Source: the human T2T-CHM13v2.0 reference genome, Homo sapiens. Taken from it: DNA of 64,000 nucleotides. The position numbers and the translations under genes were made by a program. The notes under the pieces were generated by a model that was not told the DNA's origin, made no database searches, and was given only the letters and a program-made list of their open reading frames with translations. The stretch is from the NCBI RefSeq assembly GCF_009914755.1, contig NC_060933.1; one strand, written 5' to 3'. The first letter of the stretch is position 1; each line of letters begins with the position of its first letter. Positions 1 through 13,850 of the stretch are shown one piece after another.

Positions 1-3000
1 TTCTAGATTTTCTATTTTATTTGCATAGAGGTGTTTATAGTATTCTTGGATGGTAGTTTGTATTTCTGTGGCATCAGTGGTGATCTCTCCTTTATCATTT
101 TTTATTGCGTCTATTTGATTCTTCTCTCTTTTCTTCTTTATTAGTCTGGCTAGCAGTCTATCTACTTTGTTAATCTTTTCAAAAAACCAGCTCCTGGATT
201 CACTGATTTTTTTGAAGGTTTTTTTCTGTCTTTATCTTCTTCAGTTCTGCTCTGATCTTACTTCTACTGGCTTTTGAATTTGTTTGCTCTTGCTTCTCTA
301 GTTCTTTTAACTGTGATGTTAGAGTGTCAATTTTGGATCTTTCCCACTTTCTCCTGTGGGCATTTAGTGCTGTAAATTTCCCTCTAAACACTGCATTAGC
401 TGTGTCCCAGAGATTCTGGTACATTGTGTCTTTGTTCTCATTGGTTTCAAAGAACTTATTTATTTCTGTCTTAATTTTGTTATTTACGCAGTAGTCATTC
501 AGGAGCAAGTTATTCAATTTCCATGTAATTGTGTGGTTTTGAGTGAGTTTCTTTATCCTGAGTTCTATTTTGATTGCACTGTAGTCAGAGAGACTGTTAT
601 GATTTCCATTCTTTAGCATTTGCTGTGGAGTGTTTTACTTCCAATTATGTGGTTGATTTTAGAATAAGTGCTATGTGGTGCAGAGAAGAATGTGTATTCT
701 GTTGATCTGGGGTGGAGAGTTCTGTAGATGTCTATTAGGTCCTCTTGGTCCATAGCTGAGATCAAGTCCTGAATATCTCTGTTAATTTTTTGTCTCATTG
801 ATCTAATATTGACAGTGGGGTGTTAAAGTCTCCCACTATTACTGTGTGGGAGTCTAAATCTCTTTGTATGTCTCTAATAACTTGCTTTATGAATCTGGGT
901 GCTCCTGTGTTGGGTGCATATATATTTAGGATAGTTAGCTTTTCTTGTTGCATTGATCCCTTTACCATTATGTAATGACCTTCTTTGTCTTTTCTGATAT
1001 TTGTTTGTATAAAGTCTGTTTTATCAGAGACTAGGATTGCAACTCCTGCTTTTTTTTTTGCTTTGCATTTGCTTAGTAAATCTTCCTGCATCCCTTTATT
1101 TTGAGCCTATGTATGTATTTGCACATTAGATGGGTCTCCTGAATACAGAACACCAATGGGTCTTGACTCTTTATCCAATTTGCCAGTCTGTGCCTTTTAA
1201 TTGGGGAATTTAGCCCGTTTACATTTAAGGTTAATATTGTTATGTGTGAATCTGATCCTGCCATTATGATGCTAACTGGTTATTTTGCCCATTAGTTGAT
1301 GCAGTTTCTTCATAGTGCCAATGGTCTTTACATTTTGGTTTGTTTTTGCAGTGGCTGGTACCTGATTTTCCTTTCCATATTTAGTGCTTCCTTCAGGAGC
1401 TCTTGTAAGGCAGGCCTGGTGGTGACAAAATCCCTCAGCGTTTGCTTGTCTGTAAAGGATTTTATTTCTCCTTCATGTATGAGGCTTAGTTTGGCTGGAT
1501 ATGAAATTCTGGGTTGATAATTCTTTTCTTTAAGAATGTTGAATATTGGCCCCCACTCTCTTCTGGCTTGTAGGGTTTCTGCAGACAGAACTGCTGTTAG
1601 TCTGATGGCTTCCCTTTGTGGGGAATCCAACCTTTCTCTCGGGCTGACCTTAACATTTTTTCCTTCATTTCAATTTTGGTGAATCTGACATTTATGTGTT
1701 TTGGGGTTGCTCTTCTCGAGGAGTATCTTTGTGGTGTTCTCAGTATTTCCTGAATTTGAATGTTGGCCTGCCTTGCTAGGTTGGGGAAGTTCTCCCGGAT
1801 AATATCCTGAAGTGTGTTTTCCAATTGGTTCCAATCTCCATGTCACTTTCCGGTATACCAATCAAATGTAGGTTTGTTTTTTTCACATAGTCCCATATTT
1901 CTTGGAGGCTTTGTTCATTCCTTTTCATTCTTTTTTCTCTAATCTTGTCTTCATGCTTTATTTCATTAAGTTGATCTTCAATCTCTGATATCCTTTCTTC
2001 CACTTGACCAGTTCGGCTATTGATACTTGAGTATGCTTCACAAAGTTCTTGTGCTGTGTTTTTCAGCTCAGTCAGGTCATTTATGTTCTTCTCTAAAGTG
2101 GTTATTCTGGTTAGCAATTCCTCTAACCTTTTATCAAGGTTCTTAGCTTCCTTGCATTGGGCTAGAATATGTTCCTTTAGCCTGGAGGAGTTTGTTATTA
2201 CCCACTTTCTGAAGCTTACTTCTGTCAATTCGTCAAACTCATTCTCTGTCCAGTTTTGTTCCCTTGCTGGTGAGGAGTTGTGATCCTTTGGAGGAGAAGA
2301 GGCATTCTGGTTTTTGGAATTTTTAGCCTACTTGCTCTGTTTTTTCCTCATCTTCAGGGATTTATCTACCTTTGGTCTTTGCTGTTGGTGACCTTCAGAT
2401 GGAGTTTTTGCATGGTCATCCTTTTTATTGATGTTGATGCTATTGCTTTCTGTTTGTTAGTTTTCCTCCTAACAGACAGGCCCCTCTTCTGTAGGTCTGC
2501 TGGAGTTTGCTGGGGGTCCAATCCAGAACCTGTTTGCCTGCACCAGCAGAGGCTGCAGAACAGCAAAGATTGATGCCTGCTCCTTCTGGAAGCTTCATCC
2601 CAGAGGGGCACCTGCCAGATGCCAGCCAGAGTTCTCCTGTATGAGTTGTCTGTTGACCCCTGCTGGGAGCTGTCTCCCCTTCAGAAGGCATGAGGGTCAG
2701 CGACCCACTTGAGGAGGCAGTCTGTCCCTTAGCAGAGCTCGAGTGCTGTGCTGGGAGATCTGCTGCTCTCTTCAGAGCCGGCAGGCAGGGACGTTTAAGT
2801 CTGCTGAAGCTACGCCCACAGCCACCCCTTCCCCCAGGTGCTCTGCCCCAGGGAGATGGGAGTTTTATCTATAAGCCCCTGACTGAGGCTGCTACCTTTC
2901 TTTCAGTGATGCCCTGCCCAGAGAGGAGTAATATAGAGAGGCAGTCTGGCTACAGTGACTTTGCAGTGCTGTGGTGGGCTCCACCCAGTTAGAACTTCCC

Positions 3001-3686
3001 AGTGACTTTGTTTCCACTGTGAGGGAAAAAACGCCTACTGAAGCCTTAGTCACGGCAGGCACCCCTCCCCCGATCAAGCTCAAGTGTTCCAGGTCGACTT
3101 CAGACTGCTGTGCTGGTAGCGAGAATTTCAAGCCAGTGGATCTTAGCTTGCTGGGTTCCATGGGTGTGGGATCTGCTTAGCTAGACCACTTGGCTCCCTG
3201 GCTTCAGCCCCCTTTTCAGGGGCATGAACGGTTTTGTCTCACTGGCATTCCAGGCACTACTGGGTTAAAAACAAAAAACAAAAAACTTCTGCAGCTAGCT
3301 CAGTGTCTGCCCAAATGGCCGTACAATTTTGTGCTTGAAACCCAGGGCCCTTGTGGTATAGGCAACTGAGGGAATCTCCTGGTCTGTGGGTTGTGAAGAC
3401 CATGGGAAAAGGGTCGTATCTGGGCCAGATAGCACTGTTCCTCACAGCACAGTCCCTCATGGCTTCCTTTGGGTAGGGGAGGGAGTTCCCCAACCCCTTG
3501 TGCTTCCCAGGTAAGGTGATGCCCCACCCTGCTTCTGCTTACCCTCTGTGGGCTGCATGCACTGTCTAACCAGTCCCAGTGAGGTGAACCGGGTACCTCA
3601 GTTGGAAATACAGAAATCACCTGCCTTCTGTGTTGGTCTTGCTGGGAACTGCAGACCAGAGCTGTTTTTATTCAGCCAACTTGACC
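1..3686 (-). mobile_element. LINE-1 (L1PA7/L1PA8-like) 5' part: 5'UTR, disrupted ORF1 and endonuclease region of ORF2; runs off the left edge
   Basis: Minus-strand ORF fragments match L1 ORF1 (…KNLDKRLEELLTRI…, RISYPAKLS, RPALQELLKE) and ORF2 EN (HITILTLNVNGLNSPIKRHRLANWI, GDFNTPLS). 3641-3686 is the reverse complement of the L1 5' terminus. Many stops and frameshifts. Confidence 0.95.
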
Positions 3687-3739
3687 AGGAACTTATCTGT
3701 AAAATCTCTTACTTTTAAAAAGAAAAATCACTTGATCTC

Positions 3740-4141
3740 TGTTTTAGTTCATCTTTTGTTGGTTATAAAAGAATACTTGAAACTGGGTGATTTATAAAGG
3801 GAAAGAAGGAGGCTGCAAAGTCCAAGGTCTAGAGGCTGCACCTGCTAAGAGTCTTCTTGTTGGTGGGGACTGTCTGCAGAGTCCTGAGGCAGCATGGGGC
3901 ATCGCATGGTGAACGGGCTAAGTGTGCTAGCTCAGGTCTTTCTTCTTCTTCTTATGAAGCCATCAGTTCCATTCCCACAATAACCCATTAATCCATTAAT
4001 CCATGGGTAAATTAATTGATTAATGAAGACAGGGCCCTCAAGACCCAATCACCTCTTAAAGGCCCCACCTCTCAATACTGCCACATTGGGAATTAAGTTT
4101 CAACATGAGTTTTGGAGGAGACAAACATTTAAACCATAGCA
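3740..4141 (-). mobile_element. MaLR solo LTR (MST/MLT1A group)
   Basis: Hallmark 'ctgggtgatttataaag' and terminal 'tttcaacatgagttttggaggagacaaacatttaaaccatagca'. Confidence 0.8.
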
Positions 4142-4199
4142 ACTCTATATTTTTCTTCCAGCTTCCATCCCCATTTGTTCATCCTCCCTTACAAATACC

Positions 4200-5350
4200 T
4201 CTAATTCACATTCTCTCACTTCTTGAACCCACTTGGCCAGGTTTTCACCCAAGCACTCCAAAGCTTCTCTTACCAAGTCGCCAATGACCTCTTCATTGCT
4301 AACCCCAATGTTCAATTCTCTGACCTCATCCTACTTGGTCACCAGTTTCTTTTCTTTGATATAGTAGCCTCCCCTTATCAGAGGAGGATATGTCCCAAGA
4401 CCCCCACTGGATACATGAAACCTCAAATGGTACTGAACCCTCTCTATATTTTGTTTCTTAAATTTGATAACTGAGATGGCTACTAAGTGACTAATGGGTG
4501 GGTAGCATCTACAGCGTGGATACCCTAGACAATGGGATTATTCACATTCTGGGTGGGACAGAGAGCGACAGCACAAAATTTCATCATGCCACTTGGAATG
4601 GCAGCACTCAACTTAAACTCATGAATTGTTTATTTCAGGAATTTTCCATTTAACATTTTCAGACTGTGGTTGACTGTGGTTGACCGTGGGTAATTGAAAC
4701 TGTGGAAAAGGAGGGACTACTGTGCTTTCTTCATCTGGCTTCCCATTCTCCAGTCTTCTTCCTTCCTCAGTAGCTGCACCTCCCAGGCTCCCTTGCTGGT
4801 TTCTCCTTGTTTTCCTCATGCTTCAATGCTATGAATCCCAGGACTTAGGCCTTTGAGTTCTTCCCTGCTACATTCATTCCTGGGTGATTTTATTCCATCC
4901 CATGGCTTTACACATTATCTACACTCTCATGTCTGAACTTGTATTTCTAGTCTGAATTCCAGACTCATACCCAACTTCCTACTCAGCATCTCCATTTCAA
5001 TGTTCAAGTTAACCATCTTAAACCCAAAATTGAACTCCTCTCTTTTCTACTTGAAACCCACTCCTCCTGAAGTCTTCCCCTTTTCCATTAAGTGCAATTC
5101 CATTCTTCTAGTTACACAGGACAAAAAATCTCAGTGTCACCCTCGATTTCTCTCTTTTTATCCTTCCCTCACCAAACCCATCAGCAAATGTCGTTAGCTC
5201 TACCTTCAAGATACGTCCAGCATTTGATCACTTCTCACTGCCTCTGCTGCCACCACCTGGGCCAGGCCACCACTGTTACCCACCTGATTCATGGCACCAG
5301 TGCCTGAACATGTGGGTCACTCTGCTCACACACTTGACCCTACAGCCTGT
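4200..5350. mobile_element. L2 LINE remnant, interrupted by MER44A
   Basis: L2-type motifs ('ccaatgacctcttcattgctaaccccaatg', 'ctcagcatctccatt', 'aaacccatcagcaaatgtcgttagctctaccttcaa'). Confidence 0.7.
4362..4722 (-). mobile_element. MER44A-like (Tigger7-derived) non-autonomous DNA transposon
   Basis: Terminal inverted repeats tagtagcctcccc…gagggactactg; the interior is the reverse complement of the recalled MER44A consensus (…AAATGGAAAATTCCAGAAATAAACAATTCAT…). Confidence 0.8.
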
Positions 5351-5938
5351 CTCAACACTTCCACTGTCTCTAACATGAGTCACAGTGAACATGAGTCAGA
5401 CTTTGTCAGTATTTCTTTGGGTATTATCAACATTAATTACTATATTACTTTCATGCCTGCAGACACCATGAGGTAAAGTGTTGTGTTTTGACCCTACACT
5501 TACTGACCCCAGACAAATATATTTTTCTATGTTCTTATGGTTCTTCCGATGCTTACTGCCACTGACTGTGTTACCAATGTAATCAGCAGGGCTGCATCCT
5601 ACGCTGTGCATTTGTGCACTACCCAGAGATGCATGGCTGAGTGGGGATCAGAGCCCATGTTCCACACTCCAAGCCATGAGTCCTGGTGGACACTGCATCT
5701 GTCCACCCAGAAAAGATGGCACCTTTCTTTTTGCACAAAATGCCTTTTGCTTAACACGTCCTACACCTACAGGTCTGTCTACACTTGTGTCTGTGGGGGG
5801 TTGCCTGTTCTATTTGGTCTGCTCAGTGCAGGGAGCCTTTTAAAATCTGCTTAAAGGCACTAAATAGGTCAGTAGCAGGCACTGTGCACACTGTGCACTT
5901 ACTTTAGTTACTTTAGGTAACTTACTTACCTAAATAAA

Positions 5939-6056
5939 GCAAGTTAGGTTTCCAGGCTCATAAAGAAATTAGAAGAAGCAAATGCAGTCTATATTGTCCC
6001 ATGTAGACTGCATTCGCTGCTTCTAATTTCTTTATGAGCCAGGAAACCTAACTTGC
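5939..6056. repeat. Near-perfect inverted repeat: 56-bp arms, 6-nt loop
   Basis: 5939-5994 pairs with 6001-6056 at 52/56 positions; loop TGTCCC. Confidence 0.95.
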
Positions 6057-8356
6057 CTGATTTCTGTATATGACCAAAGTAAGCAGACTTTAATGCAGAG
6101 TCTCAAGAAGTTGCTGTATGACTAAGTGCCTGGAATTTAGAGCATTGATCTTCTGGCATCTATTTGGCCGTTCAAAAGTTCTCTTGGTTTTGGATCTCGG
6201 TTCTGTTCTGGACATCTAAGTAAGATACTTCTGGATTAACGGAAGTTTATGGGATTAAAATCATACCCAAATATAGTTTGCCAGAAAGTGCTTTATTAAT
6301 CTCTCAAGATTAATACTATATGCATTTTTTTTCAGGATAGTCACATTAGAGCAATCCTTTCTATAAAGACTATTTGAACTTTACACTAAAAATGTGCTTG
6401 AAATCATTTTAATCTACTTGTCACAGTCTCTTCATGTCTGCAGTTTTGTTCTAGCATGGGCTCAGATAGTGATCCATTCCTATTACCTTACTAACTATCA
6501 TACTATCCTACAAGACAAGAGAAAGGTCATCTGCTCCCACTTCCTGATGGAGAAAATTGGAAACAGATAAATGCATAGGTAACTTGTAAAATATTGGAGC
6601 ATGTAGTGAGACAGTAGCACATAAAATATTTTGAGATAGGTTTATAGAAACTAAAACTTAACATTGACCATTCAGTGAGTCAGTAAGATCCTCAGAAAGA
6701 TATTTATTTCCCAGGACTGATGAGGTTAAAGATAGAGAAGAGCAACTCATAGCACATTACAAATACTTAATATTTTTTTAAGATGGTAAAAAACAGCTCT
6801 TTAAATTTCTGTAACCCAACTCTTAGACTTCAATAATTTCATTAAGAGGCCCCTTACTAATATTTTTTAAACAAGCTATTCAACTCCAGAAGATTCATCC
6901 TGTGATCCACATTTGCAAGAAACTGGACTGAGATGGTGGTACGGTATTCTAAGCAATGTTTTATTAAAAATAAATAACCAAAAGCAAGTATTGGGGCTGC
7001 CGAGAGAAGGAAGCATCATTCGGTAGTGGCATGTGGCAGAGATGCCAATCCAAGGTGATTATGCAATGAGCATAACTGCCAATAACACTTACTTGGGGCT
7101 TGTCTCCCAGGGAAACGGAGATAGAGTTGGATTAATTTTTAGCCCAGTTTATGATTCTGCACCAGGGAGGCATGTGGTGTTATTTCCCAGGGCATTTAAA
7201 TTCTTCCTCCTAAAGCACAACACTATCTTGTCCTGTTCTATTTATTTTCCTCAAGTGTGTGTGACTTGCAGAGCATTAACACGCCAAAACATATGTTTCC
7301 TAAGCCTGTTCTCCCATCTCACCTTCACTTAGACTTTCAAGGTCAGAGCTATTTGTGGCTATCCACTTAATTGGACTTAAAATAAAAGGCAGCAGAAAAT
7401 AGTAGATTTGTAATGGCCCTTCATAGTAAGCATCAAAAGAGCAGCCTGGCTGCTCATCTGAATGCTATTTAAATAAATCTGCCTCTTATTATAAGTCAGG
7501 GCCACAAAACTCCATCCACCATGCCACCAGTTACTGTGTAGCTGACACAAGCTAGAAACGAGAGCGAGGATGTTTCCTGAGCCCCCTGGAAACCACTGGA
7601 GCTTTGAACCAATTGTGCATTTTTGTATAAAGCATGATCATGTGGTTAAGTTCTCTTTGCCCTCGGAATGTGCACATTAATCAGCTTTGTGCAATTACTG
7701 TCCATGCTAGACAAGGACAGAGTAGATCATTACTGCTATTGTTATTTTTTACCGTATATATGGAGCTTCATACAATTACAAAGTGCTGTTCAAGATGGAT
7801 GCAAATGTTCCTAGGGCACGGAATGGGAGGAGTTACATATATTGGGGGATAGAAGGTGGATGGGCAAGTTTGGTCCATAACCAAGATGTATAAAGCTAAG
7901 GGCCCAGTACAGACAGCAAAACAGGCAAAGTTCACATCTTGGAGCAAAGGCCTGTGGCCTAACTGCTTTGCTGGTAGGGCTTCTGGGCAAGAAGTAGGGA
8001 AGATTTTATGACGAGAAAGTCTTTTAGATAAGGCAGAGAAGAATCAGGAGCAGGCAAAGAAGGATGATGCAGCAACCAGATGACAGGCATCCTGGGTCCA
8101 ATGTTCAAGTAGCTTTGCATTCCCAGGTTCTCTATAATCAGGAAGTCCTGGGCCCCAAACAACCCCTGAATCCTCCTCCAATTCTTAGCTTCAGGGGAAC
8201 AATCTTTTCCAAGGACGAGCTCAAAGGAAGAAACAGCTTTAGGGTTGATCCAAGGGTCTCAAATCACTCTAGATAAAAATGTGCTTAGAAAACAAGATAG
8301 AACAGCTTGGTAGGGGTTCCCAGGCTAGGAGCTGCTGTATCTATGGAGCACATTTC

Positions 8357-9270
8357 TTAAAAGCTCACAGAATGGAGGAAAATATTTGCAAACCATATAT
8401 CTGATAAGGGGCTTGTAACCAGAATAGATAAGGAACTCTGAAACTCAATAATAAGGCAAATAGCCCAATTTAAAAATGGACAAAGGACTTGAGTAGACAC
8501 TTCTCCAAAGAAGCTATACAAATGGCCAATAAGTCCAACGTTATCATTAATCAGGAAAATGCAAACCAAAATCATGAGGTATCACTTTACAATCACAAAG
8601 ATGGGTATAATAAAAAAGCTAATAACAAATGTCGGCAAAGATGTGGAGAAATCGGAACTCTCATACACACAGGAAAGCAAAATGGTCCAGGGGCTTTGGA
8701 AAACAGTTGGCAGTTCCTCAAAATATTAAACATAGAGAACACATGACCCAGCAATTCTACTCATAAGCATATGCCAAAGAGAACTAAAAACATGTATTCA
8801 CACAAACACTTGTAAGTAAATTTCACTTCAGCATTATTCCTAATACCCAAAATGTGAAAACAATCTAAATTCATTCACCAACTGATGAAATGTGGTGTAC
8901 CTATATAGTGCAATATTATTTGGACATAAAAAGGTTACAACATGGACGAACCTTAAAAACATTACGCTAAATGAAAGCAGCCAGTGCAAAAAGCCACATA
9001 TTATATAAATTCATTTATGTGAAATGTCCACAATAGGCAAATCTATACTGACAAAGTAGATTAGTGGCTACTGGGGGCTGGGCAGAGGGAGGAATTGGGA
9101 GAGACTATCAGTGTGTACAGGGTTTCTTTTTGGTGATTAAAATGTTCTAAAATTAGATAGTGATGATGGTTGTGTGACTCTGAATGTATATGCTAAAAAA
9201 CACTGAATTATACAACTAGGGTGAATTCTATGGTAAATGAATTACATCTCAGAAAAGCTGTTATTAAAAA
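8357..9270 (+). mobile_element. Old L1 (L1MB-like) 3' fragment
   Basis: ORF2 C-terminal remnant (RHFSKEAIQMANK) followed by an L1M-type 3'UTR ending 'aaagctgttattaaaaa'. Confidence 0.85.
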
Positions 9271-10164
9271 GTCAATAGAGAAACATTATATAAGGCTAGA
9301 AGGCAAAGAGAACTATTTTGGGCCACAGCTGGAATAAACTGGCTTTTAGAATTGAAATGCCTTACCTACCCTGATGCCCACACTTGCAACCTGAGGGGAC
9401 AGGAGGGTTTCTAATGATTCCTCTTTCATAAGTAGGAAATTAGTCATTTGCTGCTTGAGTTTAATACATAAAACACTACATTTTATGACTGATTCAGGCT
9501 CAGACTTTTTATCATGAACACTCATCATCACCACTATCAACTTCTTGAAGCATTAAGCGCCCTTTGGCCTTCTACCTATGACACCAAGCTAGGCACCAGA
9601 TACTGCAAATGGGACCAGTTAGTTACTAAGTCAAGGGGAGTGATTCAATCCAAGACAGAAAACACAGATGCTGGCAAACCAACATCAGTCACAGGTATGA
9701 CTAGATAGGTGCATGAATAGCTAAGATTAAATATTGATGATACACACAAGAGTGAACACATTTATAGGGTGGCAAGAAGAGGGCTCAAGAGAATTTCATG
9801 GTTGAGCAAGGTTTAGTTTCAGAGATAGGGAACTATTTCTCTCTTAATCCTCTGCAAGAATAAAAGGAAAGCAAGGTCAAGTCCAAACACTGAGGATTTG
9901 ACTGTTAGTTAGGGATTGGTTGGGGAACTGCAGATTCATATGGCTGCAAGGGAGACATCAAGAGAGAGGTCTAGGAAATGAAACCTAGGAAGTAGGCAAG
10001 GCCCTGAAATGGCAATAGGAAAACACTCTGCAGGGAAAGATAGGACTGAAGAAGAGTAGGCTTGTAGCACAGAGAAGGGACTCAGAGCAAAAGAGACCAG
10101 GAGAAGTGTATCTTTGGTGGGTTGGGGAGGAGGAGGGCAGAAACTGGATTCTGCTAAACACTTT

Positions 10165-10295
10165 TCCTGTTTAATCTCATCAAAAATTCATACCCTCCCT
10201 ATGAGGAAAATGCTATTACTTTAAAAATTTATGGATAAGTAAACACAAGCCCAGAGAGGTTAAGTAATGTATCCAAGATCACACAGCTAGGAAGG
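10165..10295 (-). mobile_element. MIR SINE
   Basis: Core-like 'cccagagaggttaagtaatgtatccaagatcacacagctag'. Confidence 0.7.
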
Positions 10296-12194
10296 TCTAT
10301 CCAAAATAATCTCTGTCCTAGGCCTAAATAATAATTTCATTGTGTTAACCTTTAGCCATCATCGGCCGTCTCGGAAAACTAACAGGTTCCTGGAATACAC
10401 CAATATTCAATGTCTATTACGGGCCTGAAATAAGTGGTTCAATATATATTTGGTTGCTATCAGGTGGTACGGAAAAAGAAAACCACCTCAGCCTATGTAA
10501 GTTGCTAGAACAACAGATGACAGTTTATAAGTGGGAAAAACGGTGCTTCAGGTTTTAGCTGAAGGTGAAACCTGTATTTCTACCTACACCCTGCTTGTCT
10601 AACTCAGTGTCCATCAAGCAGTAAAAGAGAAAGTTACTTACAGAGAAGCAGAAACTCATCTGGCCCTTTCCAAGAAGGTCCTGTAGATGGGTAAAGAAGC
10701 CCTCATTACTCCTCCAAAGGAAGCGATCCTCTTTAATTGGGTTTCTTAATTGGAAAGGCACTCTGAAGGAAATAAGTTCAGCGATTCATGACCTAACTAT
10801 CTCTTCTGTTGGCCAACCCATAAGTACAAGCAAGTATACTTGTTTCTTTCCCATTAACAGAGAAACACAGAGTTATCAGAGCTGGCAGTATCTTGGAGAT
10901 AAACTAGTCCTTTCATTTTCAAAGAGAAGACGCTTGGGGCAAAGTGCCTGGCCCAGGGTTACGCAGCCAGTGTCTGGGATGAAAGGGACTTCTTTCCAGG
11001 CTTAGTCCTGCTGATGCAAAATTGTGACTGCACCCTTTAAAACTGTGAACACTACATTAAATATGGCCTGGCGCCCAGATCCTTTCCAAACCCACCAGTT
11101 TTTACCCATACAAGAACCATGTCTGCATCATTTGGTTTACAAATCCAATCCTTCATAAAAAGGAAACCCACCTAATCTAAATGCAGCTTCTTGTCTAGAT
11201 TCTGCTTTTCTCTGATTTCATAACCTCTCTGCTTCACCCACATTTCTTTTCCACCTGATGACAAGCTCACTGGGAACCAAGAATGACTGGAGGCTCAGCA
11301 AGCATATCATGCTGTGATCTATGCCTTTTTTACTCTGCAATCGTTCTATCTCAGAGCCAGAGAGCAATACATGGTTTGGTGAGTGTTGGCCTCAGGATTC
11401 TGCAGAAATCTGCATTGGTCAGAGTTAGCCAAATGGACATAGATGGTGTGTGTGCTTGGAGAGGAAGCATTGATGATGTGTGGATCTAGGTCTAAATGGC
11501 TGAAAGAGTCCCAGTCATGAAGATTAGCATGGATTTATATGTATTTAATGGTCCTTTTAGATCATGGCTCTGAAATGCTAAATAAATTAATTACTAAAAG
11601 GAAAAGCTGAGGGTAAGAAGCAAGGCCACCACCAGGCCAAAAGACACCTTTGCGGAATTAAGAAAAGGCACCCCTTCCTCTAGGCAGCCACAGTCCCACA
11701 TCAGTGCATTCCGCTCATTCAGTAGAGTGATGTCTAGCTTCCTTCTCCTATTCTTCACCTTGATCAAACAGATGCCCTTGTAGAGTACACAACTAGTACA
11801 GCTTTGCAGGGCAGCCCTGCTGAAAGAAAGGAAGAAGGAGAAAAAAACGTTCTTAACATAACTAAGGCCACAGCCCTTTGGTGGTCCATGAAATTATTTT
11901 AGAAAGTTGACACCAGTATTTTTAATAGAATGAAAAATTTACAAAATATAAAAGTGCCTTATGCTTAGATTTTATCTTTATATGGATATGTAAATATGCA
12001 CATATGTATGTGTGCATGCATGTGCACATACATATTGGGTTGAGAGTAAAATATATTTACATGGGGCATGGTCAAAAACATTTGAAAGTCACTGATTTGA
12101 CAGCTCACAATGTGAAAAGTGAATCTAATTTGGAGGCCTGCTTCATCTGTATTTTTAAGTGCCCAGTGAGAAGCACTCAGGTACAAGAGAACTA

Positions 12195-12365
12195 GCTTGC
12201 AGTTTGAAATCAGACAGGCTCAAGTTCAAACGCCATTTAAATATCACTAAATTTGAACCTTAGGCAATCATTTATGTTTCCCAATCCTCAGATTCCTGAT
12301 CTGCAGATGGAGGTGATAATATTTATTTCAGAGTGTTGATGTAGTAAGTACCTGGTATTAAGCAC
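12195..12365 (+). mobile_element. MIR SINE
   Basis: 'aatcagacaggctcaagttcaaa…cctcagattcctgatctgcagatggaggtgataat'. Confidence 0.6.
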
Positions 12366-13179
12366 TGCCTACTTTTCAAATCCCTCTCTTCTCTTGACTT
12401 TGGAGAGACCTATAGAGACCAGCAGTCCAGGGACACACATGCAGCTGCCCAGGATAGTTTTCCTTGTCAGAAGCCACAAATGCTGAGGCGGTCTAGCGTC
12501 CTACAGTAAACTTTATATGACTTTTTCCCATGCACGTTGTTCTTCCATCTGTCTGGAAGAGCTACCTCCCACAGCATGCTTAAGCTAAAATTATTGCTTG
12601 GTCAAGTCAATTAAATCATTTGAGAAAAACTACTACATGTAAGTCAGTTAAGAAAAAGAGTTGGGTGATATGGGCATGGCTAGACTCTGGTCTTCTGTTT
12701 AGGGTGAATGTATTAGATTGCTGCTTTGGCCTGGTTAGAATATTCCATGTTGTAAATATTACAGCTCCTAAGGATAGAAATGACCAGCTAAAAATCTGTT
12801 AGGTCACTGAGGGTGAATCTCCCACATTCCAGATGTGGCAATAGGGTTCCTTGGAGGTACAGAATCCCCCTTAGGTTAAATGGCCAAGGAGCACATCCCA
12901 GTCCCTGAAAACTTCATTTCCCAAATCTTCGGTCATGAGGACTCCTCTTCAGAATAATTCTCCCATTAAAACAAAAACAAAAACAAAACCTGCAAAAACT
13001 GCCTGGCTCCATTTAGGTGTGGAAATGGGGAGAGAGAGGAGAGCTAAAGTTAGTGATTCTCAGCATATATTTGTAAGAGATCTTTGTGTGAGTCATCACA
13101 GCTAGCTTTAAAATTGACACAAAGGACACAGGAAACTGGCAATCTATAAAAGAAAAATGTCATTCTTCATAAACATATG

Positions 13180-13850
13180 TTTCAAAGCCCAGACTCCCAA
13201 ATAAAGCAATGCACATTTAAAACAATTAATTAAAATGCTACGTTTCATCTATGAAATTGGAAAACATTAAAAATTATAATATTCAACACTACTAAGTATG
13301 TAGCAATGTGGCAGAAACTTTAAAAAGCTGATAAGCCTTGACCCAGAAATTCTGCTTCTACGAAATCAGAAATTCATGTGTAAAGCTATTTGTTGTAGTA
13401 TTTTTTATAATGTTAAATATTGCAATAAATGGCAACATGAAAATGGCTTTCTATATTATGATAATACTAAACAGTAAATAGCATTTTAGAAAAACATTTA
13501 ATGATGGGGAAAAGGCTCCATAATAGGCCAAAAATTTGTAAAAACCTTAAAATTGTATATATTCAATATGGTAAATATAAAATTTTGTATGTCCAATATG
13601 TTCCTATTTATTTAAATACATAGGTGTGTATATATATGTCTATGTACATATGCATGTGTATATGTATGTGTATATGAGAAGTTCAGAAGAATGCTATATG
13701 CGAAAATGTGCATAGTCATCTTTGGATGGTGCAATGAGAGAATATAAACTGTTCAAAATTTTCTTTTTTATATTTTGATGTGTTTTTAATACTCTTGTAC
13801 AATGAATACATAATTTTGGTATCTGATAAATATATTATTTAAAAGGCAAA
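13180..13850 (+). mobile_element. Very old L1M 3' fragment
   Basis: Degenerate L1 3' motifs ('ccttgacccagaaattctgcttcta', 'tacaatgaatacataattttggt'). Confidence 0.5.

Noticed and set aside
200-2228. L1 ORF1/ORF2 fragments as active genes
   Set aside because: Broken by multiple stops and frameshifts.
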